NCBI GenBank assembly: GCA_046484865.1
Contig: JAWOID010000135.1
Span: forward strand, 11,512 to 75,511
Source of the DNA: Candidatus Krumholzibacteriia bacterium
GTDB lineage: Bacteria > Krumholzibacteriota > Krumholzibacteriia > LZORAL124-64-63
Reading direction: 5' to 3'
Length of the DNA: 64,000 nucleotides
The position numbers and the translations under genes are program-made. Shown in pieces: positions 21,556 through 30,211 of the stretch (its first letter is position 1; the number at the start of each line of letters is the position of its first letter). The notes under the pieces are model-generated. The model was not told where the DNA came from. It did no database searches and saw nothing but the letters and a program-made list of their open reading frames with translations.

Positions 21556-22854
21556 ATGAGAACGAACCTGGTCGGACCTGAACACTGCCGGCGACAGGTG
21601 GGCGGACGCTTGCACCTGCTCGTGGTGCTCGCCGTGGCCGTCTGGCTGCCCCTGGTCGCGACTGCGGCTAACGCCCGATCGGCCCCCACCACACCCTCCT
21701 CCGCCCCGGTCGTCACCAGCGAGGCGCCCCTGCTGCCGCCGCGCACCATCACCCTGGTCGAGGAATGGCGCGCCGGGGGCGAGGACGGCGACATCTTCTT
21801 CGGCATGGTGGTGGGCACCGTGGCGGACGGCGAGGGCAACGTCTACGTGCTCGACAGTCAGCTGGCACAGGTGGAGGTCTTCGCTCCCGACGGCGCCCAC
21901 CTGCGCACCCTCGGCGGCGAGGGCGACGGCCCCGGCGAGGTGCGCGCCCCTCAGGCGGTGAGCTTCCTGAGCGACGGCACCCTGGGCATCGTGAAGTTCT
22001 TTCCCGGCGAGATCGTGCGACTCACTCCGGACGGCATACCGCAGACCTCCATCCATCTCACCCCGGCCGCCGACGGCGGCAAGGCCCAGACCGGCGAGGT
22101 GGCTGCGTTCGGCATGGAATGCCGCGGCGGCACCCTGCTGGTGGCCGGTCAGCGCTCGGTCCCGAGCGAGGTCGGATCCTCGCGCCGCCACTTCCTCGCG
22201 CGCTTCTCGTCCACCGGCGAGGAACTGGTGCGCTACCGGGAGCACGACATGGAGCTGGACTTCAATGCCTTCCGCTTCGTCGAGAGCACGATCCTGCCGG
22301 CGTTCCTGCTGACCAGCGCCGTCAGTCCCGACGGCGAGGTCTACACGCCGGCCGGCCGCGACCGCTATGCCGTCGAGGTCTACGCCGCTGACGGTGCCCT
22401 GGAGCGCGTGATCGAGCGCCGCGACCGGCCGCGGCGGCGCACCGATCGCGAGCGACGGCGCATGAACGCCCTGGTGGACGCCTGGGGGCAGGGTATCCCG
22501 TACGAGGTGCCGCGTGAGTTCGACGTCTTCGAGCCGCCGATCACGGAGTTGTTCGTGGATCGCGACGGCATCCTCTGGGTCCAGCATGCCCGTAGCGGCT
22601 TCGATCAGAAGGACGGCGTATTCCTGACCTACGACACCTTCGATCGCGACGGCCGCTGGCTGCAGGAAGTCTCCGTGGTGGCGGAGGGCGACCCGACCTA
22701 CGACGGCGTGAAGTTCCTGGACGACGGGCGTGCGCTGTTGATCAAGGGGTACGTGCTGGCGCGCTGGGCGAGCCGCGGCGCCCGGAACGCCACGTTCGAC
22801 GAGGACGAGGAGCCCGGCGCCATCGAGATCATCGGCTGCCGCGTGGTGGACTAG
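21556..22854 (+). CDS. Secreted 6-bladed beta-propeller (NHL-like) protein
   Basis: Signal peptide. DGEGNVYVLD..QVEVF..GGEGDGPGE pattern typical of this family. Confidence 0.75.
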   Translation: MRTNLVGPEHCRRQVGGRLHLLVVLAVAVWLPLVATAANARSAPTTPSSAPVVTSEAPLLPPRTITLVEEWRAGGEDGDIFFGMVVGTVADGEGNVYVLDSQLAQVEVFAPDGAHLRTLGGEGDGPGEVRAPQAVSFLSDGTLGIVKFFPGEIVRLTPDGIPQTSIHLTPAADGGKAQTGEVAAFGMECRGGTLLVAGQRSVPSEVGSSRRHFLARFSSTGEELVRYREHDMELDFNAFRFVESTILPAFLLTSAVSPDGEVYTPAGRDRYAVEVYAADGALERVIERRDRPRRRTDRERRRMNALVDAWGQGIPYEVPREFDVFEPPITELFVDRDGILWVQHARSGFDQKDGVFLTYDTFDRDGRWLQEVSVVAEGDPTYDGVKFLDDGRALLIKGYVLARWASRGARNATFDEDEEPGAIEIIGCRVVD

Positions 22855-22911
22855 GCTCTGCCTGGGGGCCCCGGGGCCCCAGACACAATTTCGCTGGCAC
22901 AACCCGGGTCG

Positions 22912-24198
22912 TCAGGACAGATCCCGCCGCACGACGTCGGCCAGCACCGACAGCCCGTCGTCCAGCTGCCGGTCGCTGAGGTAGGGTGCCGGTCCCAGGC
23001 GCAGCGCCGGCCCGCGGTGGTCGGTCCACACGCCACGCGCCCGTAGCGCGCTGCAGATGTCCGCCGCACGCGGGGCGGTCAACACGAGGAAGCCCCCCAG
23101 GCCGTCCAGCGGCACGTCGCGGTTGCGGGTGATCACCCGCGGGTCCAGATCCAGTGCGTCGAAACCGCTCGCCAGCCGTCCCACCTGGTGCTGGCTGATC
23201 ACGCGCAGGGCGGTCGGATCGAGCCCCTGTTCGGCGAAGAAGCGCAGGACGGCGGCAGCCCGGTAATGGCTCACCGGCTCGTAGGTCGCGCCGGCGAATC
23301 GCGCCGCGCCGCGCCCGTAGCGCACCCGAGCCGCACGATCGGAGCTGCCGGCCGCGGCTCCCGCGTCCCCGGGCCCCTCGGCCACGGCTGCCCCGGTGCG
23401 GGCCCCCTCGCCCCCGGCGTCCATCTCCTGCAGGTCGGCGAACTCCGCGAACCAGCCGGTGATCGCCGGGCGCAGGCGGCAGTCCGGCGGCAGCCGCAGG
23501 AACCCGCAGCCCTCGCCGAACTGACAATACTTGTAGCCGGCGCCGGTCACGTAGGCGCCGGCGAGCCCTTCCGCGCGCACCGAGAACGTGGTGATGTTCA
23601 CCGCATGATAGGCGTCCACCAGCAGTTCGGCGCCCACGCGGGCGCAGGCCTCCATCACCTGAGCCAGCCCCCGCACGATGCGGCCGCTCTGGAAGAGCAC
23701 CGCCGACACCAGCACGGCGGCGGTCCGCCCGTCGACGCGGGCGGCGAGCCGCGCCGCCAGGTCGGCGACCGGCTCGGCCGGCACCTTCACCACCTCCAGC
23801 CGCTCCTCGGCGAGACGGTCGAGTTGCCGGCGGATGCTGTGGAACTCGCCCGAGGTGGTCACCAGGACGGGCCGGCGACCGAGCGGCAAGGCCGAGAGCC
23901 AACGCACCAGCAGTTCGTGCGTGTTCGGAGCCAGCGCGTAGTCACCGTCGGGATCGTCCAGCAGGCGGGCGTAGCCTCGCCCCACCTCGTCGGCCACGGC
24001 GAAGGCCCGCGGCCACTTCTCGTCCACGTGCTCGGCCGCATCGAGCCAGGCCTGCTGCTGGGCCTCGAAGGCCACGTCCGGCCAGGCCTGGTGCGAGTGG
24101 CCGGTGAGCAGGATGCGCTCGGCCACATGAAAACGCTGGTAGTGACGGGCCAGGGGGGCCGGGTGGCCGGCGAGGGAGGCGATGCGGTCGTCGTTCAT
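22912..24198 (-). CDS. kynU: Kynureninase-like PLP enzyme (aminotransferase class V)
   Basis: LLTGHSHQAWP, LVDAYH, GAGYKY (PLP Lys), ITGWFA and LRLGPAPY. ATG 24198. Confidence 0.72.
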   Translation of the reverse strand: MNDDRIASLAGHPAPLARHYQRFHVAERILLTGHSHQAWPDVAFEAQQQAWLDAAEHVDEKWPRAFAVADEVGRGYARLLDDPDGDYALAPNTHELLVRWLSALPLGRRPVLVTTSGEFHSIRRQLDRLAEERLEVVKVPAEPVADLAARLAARVDGRTAAVLVSAVLFQSGRIVRGLAQVMEACARVGAELLVDAYHAVNITTFSVRAEGLAGAYVTGAGYKYCQFGEGCGFLRLPPDCRLRPAITGWFAEFADLQEMDAGGEGARTGAAVAEGPGDAGAAAGSSDRAARVRYGRGAARFAGATYEPVSHYRAAAVLRFFAEQGLDPTALRVISQHQVGRLASGFDALDLDPRVITRNRDVPLDGLGGFLVLTAPRAADICSALRARGVWTDHRGPALRLGPAPYLSDRQLDDGLSVLADVVRRDLS

Positions 24199-24284
24199 GC
24201 GGCACCTCGGTTGCGAGTTGACGCGAGGATAGCCGCAGTCCGCTGCCTCGACAAGCACCCGCAGCGGTTCCGGAGCCCCGTTTC

Positions 24285-24365
24285 GGGGTGCGCCGGACGC
24301 CGTTTCAGGTGCCCCGACTCCGTCCCGGGGTGCACCGGACGCCGTTTCAGGTGTCCCGCCTCCGC
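24285..24365. repeat. 42-bp-period direct repeat (2 copies), intergenic
   Basis: GGGGTGC(G/A)CCGGACGCCGTTTCAGGTG(C/T)CCCG(A/C)CTCCG at 24285 and 24327. Confidence 0.8.
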
Positions 24366-24366
24366 C

Positions 24367-25620
24367 TCAGGGCCCGCCGGCCGCGGTCTCGATGTCCGGG
24401 GCATCGGCGCCCGTCGCCGGCCCGTGATTGCCGATTCCGCCGCTGCGGGCATCGGCGATCAGTTCGGCCACCTGGGAACCGGTCAACGACTCCAGGAACG
24501 CCACCAGGTCTGCGATCTCGCCCTCGTCCAGATCGAGGGGAGCGATGAGGGAGTCGAGCCCGGAATGGGGCACGCCGCCGGCCGCGTAGAAGCGCACCAC
24601 CTCTTCGAGCGTGCGCAGCGAACCGTCGTGCATGTAGGGGGCGGTCAGCGCCACGTTCCGCAGGGTCGGCGTGCGAAACCGGTGGCGGTCGTCGGGGTCG
24701 GCCGTCACCTCGAAACGCCCGAGGTCGGCCGGGCGGCGCTCGCCGACGCTCTCCACGACGGCGCGCGCCACGGTGACGAGGACGCCCGGCGCAACCTGAA
24801 CGCGGACCGATCCGGCCTGCGCCGCGGCCGTGACTGCCCGGAACCCGATACCGGTGTCATGGAATTCGCCGTCGGAGAACAGTGCATGGTCATCGGCGAT
24901 GGTGTGGCAACGCACGCAGCCGGCGTCGCCCGTGAAGAGGGCGAACCCGCGCCGCTGAGCCGTTGTCAACGCATCGCGGTCCCCTCCGAAATGCCAGCGG
25001 TCGAACGGCGCATCCGCCGCCAGGAGGGTGCGCTCCCAGGCGGCGATGGCGCGGCCGATCGCCTCCGCCGACGGTTCGGTTCCGCAGGCGTTCGCGAAGA
25101 GGCTCCGGTACTCCGGCAGTTCCTGCAACCGTTCCACCACGTCGTCGAGCGCCGGGTTCGCCATCTCCTCGGGCGCCGTCAACGGCACGAGGGCCTGCGA
25201 CTCGAGCGTCGACTCGCGCCCGTCGTGGAAGAGCCGGTCCAGGTACGCGGCGTTCAGCACCGTCGGCGCGTTGCGCCGCACGCTGCGGCCGCCCACCCCC
25301 ACCGGCGTGGCCAGTTCGTTGCTCGTGAACCCCTGTTCGGGGATGTGGCACATGCCGCAGGACACGGTGCCGTTCACCGACAGGCGCCGGTCGAAGAAGA
25401 GCTTGCGCCCGAGGGCGATCAGCTCGGCGTTCGGGTCCTCGCCCGCCGGCAGCGGCACCGGCGGCAGGCCCAGCTGCAGCGACGAGAGCCGGTCCATCGC
25501 GCGCACGTCGAACTCCGTCGTCATGGAGGAGAAGCTGCTTCTCGCCGCGACGCCCAGCACGATGGCCAGCGCCCCGACCAGCGCGATGACGAGACCCCCG
25601 GCTCGCCGGCGAGGCGTCAC
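24367..25620 (-). CDS. Di-heme cytochrome c peroxidase (MauG-like), probable MtoX maturation factor
   Basis: Two CxxCH motifs (CGMCH, CVRCH), RNAPT, FHDGR and FRTPTLRNVALTAPYMHDG. GTG start overlaps the SCO stop (GTGA). Confidence 0.9.
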   Translation of the reverse strand: MTPRRRAGGLVIALVGALAIVLGVAARSSFSSMTTEFDVRAMDRLSSLQLGLPPVPLPAGEDPNAELIALGRKLFFDRRLSVNGTVSCGMCHIPEQGFTSNELATPVGVGGRSVRRNAPTVLNAAYLDRLFHDGRESTLESQALVPLTAPEEMANPALDDVVERLQELPEYRSLFANACGTEPSAEAIGRAIAAWERTLLAADAPFDRWHFGGDRDALTTAQRRGFALFTGDAGCVRCHTIADDHALFSDGEFHDTGIGFRAVTAAAQAGSVRVQVAPGVLVTVARAVVESVGERRPADLGRFEVTADPDDRHRFRTPTLRNVALTAPYMHDGSLRTLEEVVRFYAAGGVPHSGLDSLIAPLDLDEGEIADLVAFLESLTGSQVAELIADARSGGIGNHGPATGADAPDIETAAGGP

Positions 25621-26417
25621 CGTGACGCTCCTTCCGCCTCCTCCTCCAACAGCAGCGTCCTCACGTCCGCCAGCACCAGCCGGGGGTCGAGTTGCCCGAA
25701 GCTGTAGATGTTGCGGATGTTCCCGGCGCGGTCCACCAGGTACACCCGCAGCACGTGGTAGAGCGCACCGGTCGGGTCGGCGGGGTCCTTCTTGCGGTCC
25801 ACCCGCTGCCCGTACGAGGCGAGGATCGGCGCCAGCTGCTCCTGGCCCGCCGTGGTCAGGAACAGCCATTCCGCACCCTGGCCGTCGGGGGCCAGCCCGC
25901 GACCATAGCGCGCCATCACGCTGGGAGTGTCGGTCTCGGGGTCGAAGCTGAAGGTCACCAGGCGCAGGCTGTCGGTCAGCCGCGCGTCCCGTGCGCTGAG
26001 CTTGTGGATGCGGTAGAGCACACCCGTCGCCAGGGGGCAGGCGCGAGGGTCGGCGCAGCTGGTGTAGATGAAGCTCACCAGCGAGATGCGTCCGGCCAGG
26101 ACATCCCGCAGCTGCCGGCGGCCCCGGTCGGCCACCAGGACCTCGCCGTCGCCGGCCGGTTCGATCACCGGCAGCGTGTAGGTGCCCGGAACGGGCGGAT
26201 CGTAGTCGTACACCTCGGTGCGGCCGAGGGCGAGCTCGGGGCGGTCGATCTCCGCGACGCCCGGCGTCGTCGCCCCGGTGGAGATCGGCTCGCCCGCCGG
26301 CACGGCTGAAGCTGGCGGCGCGCCCGGGTCCGGCGAGACCACGCTCGGCGGTACCAGCGCGAACACGCCGCCGAGCCCGAGTCCGAGCACGATCAGAGCG
26401 ATGCTCTTGCTCGTCAC
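25617..26417 (-). CDS. SCO1/SenC-family copper chaperone
   Basis: N-terminal TM, FIYTSCADPRACP, SFDPETD, WLFLT and conserved His (LYHVLRVYLVD). Confidence 0.9.
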   Translation of the reverse strand: MTSKSIALIVLGLGLGGVFALVPPSVVSPDPGAPPASAVPAGEPISTGATTPGVAEIDRPELALGRTEVYDYDPPVPGTYTLPVIEPAGDGEVLVADRGRRQLRDVLAGRISLVSFIYTSCADPRACPLATGVLYRIHKLSARDARLTDSLRLVTFSFDPETDTPSVMARYGRGLAPDGQGAEWLFLTTAGQEQLAPILASYGQRVDRKKDPADPTGALYHVLRVYLVDRAGNIRNIYSFGQLDPRLVLADVRTLLLEEEAEGASR

Positions 26418-26430
26418 GTCGGCACCTCCC

Positions 26431-27795
26431 TCACTGGTACACGCTGGCCGACCCGAATCGCATGAGGTGCGGGCGACCGAGCTGCTCCGCGTTGAAGTCC
26501 AGCGCGAACAGCGGGTCCAGCTTCTCGCCGTCCCAGTCGTACGCTTTCAGGTACTGCTCGTTGTCCTCGCCCTTCTTGTCCCAGTTGGCCAGCAGCGAAC
26601 TGGTGAAGTAGACGCGGCGGCCGTCCCAGCTCTGCGAGACCATGTTGACCTGCCGGCCGATCTCCTCCTCGAAGACCTGGCGCGGGTTGAAGGGATCGGA
26701 CACGTCGAAGGCGCGGGCCTTGCCGTCCATGAACGTGGTCACCCACAGCATGCTGTCGTCGGCGCTGATGCTGAGGTCCACCGGCAGCGGGATCTTCTCC
26801 GGATCGCCGATGTCGCACACCGCGGTGGCATGCCACCTCTCGTCCTCGTCGGCGTGGATCACCCAGAGCTTGGACGTGAGCGCCGCGGCGGTGAAGGCGT
26901 AGTCGTGGCGGGGTCCCAGTGCCCAGCGGATCTCCAGGGGAGCGCCGGGCACGTGGAACACCTGGCGTGGCTGGCGCGTGTGAAGGTTCCAGAGCACCAC
27001 CGTCTGGCCGAAGCGCTGCATGGCCTCCTCGTCCTGGAGCATCTGGCCGAAGTCCATCATGTAGTTGGACCACCCGGTGAAGCTCGAGGAGAGCATGACG
27101 TTCTTGCGCGGCAGCACGCGTACGTCGTAGCCGTAGCCGTCGGCCACCTGTTCGATGCTGGCGCCGTTCGGCTCGTCGTCCGTGGGCACCCAGTGCGTGG
27201 CGATGTGGCGGCCGTCGGTGGTGTATTCCACCAGCGCGGTGCGCCCGCCATGATCACGGTCGTTGGACAGGGCGGAGATGAGCATCCGTCCGGGCAGCGC
27301 GTAGATGCCGTGCGGCCCCACGGCCCCGCCGGTGGCCCGCGTGAAATCGGTGATCGTCTTGACCAGCTTCGGCCGCGCCGGGTCGGTGCGGACGTCGAAG
27401 ACGAAGATGTGGCTGGAGTCGAGACCGCCCAGCCAGAGATGGCTGCGGTCGTCGGACAGGCCGCCGTGGTGCGCTTCGTGGCGGCCGCCCACGGACGCGA
27501 CGTGCACCACCTGTCCGAACGTGGGCGAGCCGGGCCGCGCGTCGACGGTCACGAGCTTGTCCGAGCCGTCGCCCATCCCCTCCACGCCCAGCGTCCAGAC
27601 GTACACGTACTCCTCCTGGCCGGTGATCTTGGGCAGGTACGGCGACTGGCAGGTCTCGTCCGCCGGCGCCACGGCGACCGTGCCGAGCACCGTGCCCACG
27701 ATGATCGCGAGGATGCCGAGAGGTCGGACGCCGTGGCATTCGACGAAGGAGAGGAAACGGCAGGGCCGGTTCGATCGAAGACTTGCGCGGTTCAT
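26431..27795 (-). CDS. mtoX: Methanethiol oxidase (bacterial SBP56 / selenium-binding protein family)
   Basis: Signal peptide then DETCQSPY..GQEEYVYVWTLG, RHEAHH, VGPH, SSFTGW, PLEIRW, NMVSQSWDG, SSLLANWD and RPHLMRF. Adjacent to SCO and MauG-like genes as in known mto clusters. Confidence 0.9.
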   Translation of the reverse strand: MNRASLRSNRPCRFLSFVECHGVRPLGILAIIVGTVLGTVAVAPADETCQSPYLPKITGQEEYVYVWTLGVEGMGDGSDKLVTVDARPGSPTFGQVVHVASVGGRHEAHHGGLSDDRSHLWLGGLDSSHIFVFDVRTDPARPKLVKTITDFTRATGGAVGPHGIYALPGRMLISALSNDRDHGGRTALVEYTTDGRHIATHWVPTDDEPNGASIEQVADGYGYDVRVLPRKNVMLSSSFTGWSNYMMDFGQMLQDEEAMQRFGQTVVLWNLHTRQPRQVFHVPGAPLEIRWALGPRHDYAFTAAALTSKLWVIHADEDERWHATAVCDIGDPEKIPLPVDLSISADDSMLWVTTFMDGKARAFDVSDPFNPRQVFEEEIGRQVNMVSQSWDGRRVYFTSSLLANWDKKGEDNEQYLKAYDWDGEKLDPLFALDFNAEQLGRPHLMRFGSASVYQ

Positions 27796-28004
27796 CGTGA
27801 ACTCCTTTCCGGGACCGGACCGGCTCCGCCGGGAAGCGCTGCCGTCACCCCGCATGTATCGAATTGACGGATGTATGTAGGACGAAGTTCGTATAGTATG
27901 TGGAGTCGAGGACGGGCAGCCATGATCGACACCCCGGAATTCTTGACCGAGACGCCGCCGCCGGAGGGGACCGGCGGCGTCGGCGCTGACCGTGGGAGGG
28001 CGCC

Positions 28005-29123
28005 ATGGATGTCCTGTCGAACGTGCTGCGAGTGCTGCGGCTCTCGGGCGCGGTGTTCCTGGAGGCCGAGTTCTCGGCTCCGTGGGCGGTGAGATCGCCG
28101 CCGCCCGGGCAGCTCTCGGCGCTGTTCGCCACCCGGGCCGAGTGCATCGTGCTGTTCCACATCGTCGCCGGCGGCGGCTGCTGGGTAGCGTGCGCAGGCG
28201 ACGCGCCACGCTGGCTCGGGCCCGGCGCCATGGTGGTCCTGCCGCGGGGCGACGAGCACGTGATGTCCAGCGTCGGCGGCAGCCTGACGCCCACCCCTAT
28301 CACCACGCTCCTGCCCCCTGTCGCGTTGGACCGCCCCGGCCGCCTGGTGCACGGCGGCGGCGGACCGCTCACCCGCATGGTCTGCGGCTACCTGCAGTGC
28401 GAACACCGGTTCGAGCCGCTGTTCGGATGTCTTCCCCGCATGACGATCGTCCGGGGCCCGGGCGCGGGTCGCGACGGCGAGCCCGACGAGCCGGTCTTCG
28501 ACGACGATGGCGAGACGGTCGTGATCCCCGGCGATGACTGGCTGACCAGCACTGCCCGCTTCGTGGTGGCGCAGACGGCCGAGCCGCAACCGGGCGGGGC
28601 AGCGGCACGGGCCAGGACCGTGGAACTGCTCTTCCTGGAGATCCTGCGCCGTCAGGTGCACGAGGGCCACGCCGACGGCCACGCCGAAAGCCACGCCGAC
28701 GGCCACACGAACGGCCACACCGGCGGCCGCACCGGCGGCCGGCAGGGCGGACATGCCGGCGGCCCGGGCTGGCTGGCCGCCGTGGCCGACGACATGGTGG
28801 GGCCCGCGCTGCGCTTGATCCACGATGACCCGGGCCGCGGGTGGACGGTCGAGATGCTTGCCCGCGCGGTGGGCGCCTCGCGCTCGGTGTTCGGGGAACG
28901 CTTCGCGGCGCTGGTGGGCGAACCGCCCATGCACTACTGCAGCCACTGGCGGATGCACGTGGCCAGGCGACTGCTGCAAGAGGAGCAATTGAGCCTCGCC
29001 GACATCGCCGCCCGGGTGGGCTACGAATCGGAGGCCGCCTTCAATCGCGCCTTCAAGCGACACACGGGAGCGCCGCCGGGCCGCTGGCGCAAGGAGCACG
29101 TGGCGGCGCCCCTGCGCACCTGA
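28005..29123 (+). CDS. AraC-family regulator with N-terminal cupin domain and His-rich insert
   Basis: MDVLSNVLRVLRLSG..APWAV cupin start, WTVEMLARAVGASRS and VGYESEAAFNRAFKR HTH. Divergent from mtoX. Confidence 0.92.
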   Translation: MDVLSNVLRVLRLSGAVFLEAEFSAPWAVRSPPPGQLSALFATRAECIVLFHIVAGGGCWVACAGDAPRWLGPGAMVVLPRGDEHVMSSVGGSLTPTPITTLLPPVALDRPGRLVHGGGGPLTRMVCGYLQCEHRFEPLFGCLPRMTIVRGPGAGRDGEPDEPVFDDDGETVVIPGDDWLTSTARFVVAQTAEPQPGGAAARARTVELLFLEILRRQVHEGHADGHAESHADGHTNGHTGGRTGGRQGGHAGGPGWLAAVADDMVGPALRLIHDDPGRGWTVEMLARAVGASRSVFGERFAALVGEPPMHYCSHWRMHVARRLLQEEQLSLADIAARVGYESEAAFNRAFKRHTGAPPGRWRKEHVAAPLRT

Positions 29124-29213
29124 GCCCGAGCGCGGCGGAAAATTCGGCTTACATTCGCAGAGGCAGGCAAGCAGGCTGCCGAGCTCCGTGCGACCGATCC
29201 GAGGAGGTCCCTC

Positions 29214-30053
29214 ATGAGATCCGATGCCGCCGGCCCGGCCACGTCTCCGTCTCCGGTGCGTTCGCGCCGCGCCACGGCGCTGGTTTCGGCCGCGCTGGCC
29301 GTCGCGTTGCTGTCGGCGCCCGCTCCGGCGGCCGCGGTCGCGGCCGCGGCCGCGGCCGACGCCGATCCGGCCCGGGCCCAGCCGCCCCCAGCCCGCACCG
29401 ACACCATCGCCACCGCCGCCGGTCCGCTCACCGTGACGTTGCTGGGCCATGGCACGCTGATGTTCACGTTCGCCGGCCGGGTGGTGCACGTGGACCCGTG
29501 GTCGCGAGTGGCCGACTACGACGCGCTGCCGCGCGCCGACCTGATCCTGGTCACCCACGAGCACGGCGACCATCTCGACCCGGACGCCATCGCGGCGGTG
29601 CGCGACGACTCGACCGGCATCCTGGCCAACGCTGCGGCCGCCGAGCAGATCGTCGGCGCGCGAGCGCTGGCGAACGGCGACCGGGCCACGGCCGGCGGCA
29701 TCGCGGTGGAAGCGGTGCCCGCCTACAATCTCGTGCACATGCGCAGCGGGACGACGCCCTACCATCCGCGGGGTCAGGGTAACGGCTATGTGATCACGTT
29801 CGGCGACCAGCGCGTCTACGTGGCGGGCGACACCGAGAACACGCCCGAGATGAAGGCGCTCGCGGACATCGACGTGGCGTTCCTGCCCATGAATCTGCCC
29901 TATACCATGACGCCGGAGATGGTCGCCGACGCCGCCCGCGCCTTCCGGCCGACCATCCTCTACCCCTATCACTACGGCGACACCGATCCGCAGGAACTGG
30001 TGCGGCTGCTGGAGGGCAGCGGCATCGAGGTGCGGGTGCGCGCGATGCGGTGA
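29214..30053 (+). CDS. Secreted MBL-fold metallo-hydrolase
   Basis: LGHG, VDPW, THEHGDH, AGDTE and PYHY motifs. Signal peptide. Confidence 0.88.
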   Translation: MRSDAAGPATSPSPVRSRRATALVSAALAVALLSAPAPAAAVAAAAAADADPARAQPPPARTDTIATAAGPLTVTLLGHGTLMFTFAGRVVHVDPWSRVADYDALPRADLILVTHEHGDHLDPDAIAAVRDDSTGILANAAAAEQIVGARALANGDRATAGGIAVEAVPAYNLVHMRSGTTPYHPRGQGNGYVITFGDQRVYVAGDTENTPEMKALADIDVAFLPMNLPYTMTPEMVADAARAFRPTILYPYHYGDTDPQELVRLLEGSGIEVRVRAMR

Positions 30054-30107
30054 TCGAACCCGGCGGCACGCTCGCGAGCGGGCCGTCGACCCGGGGACAA
30101 CGGCGAA

Positions 30108-30132
30108 GAGGGGGCGTCCACGACGCCCCCTC
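30108..30132. terminator. GC-rich hairpin between convergent genes
   Basis: GAGGGGGCGTC-CAC-GACGCCCCCTC (11-bp stem). No U-tract. Confidence 0.5.
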
Positions 30133-30211
30133 CCGGTTGAAGGTCCCTGACTCCGGCCGCCGCCGCCCCGGGGGCGGTCATGCCCCCCGGGACGGCGACG
30201 CGGGCGAGCCG

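Noticed and set aside
29214..30053. MBL protein as a persulfide dioxygenase linked to MtoX
   Set aside because: It has a signal peptide and motifs of a generic MBL hydrolase rather than ETHE1-type, so the link is unsupported.
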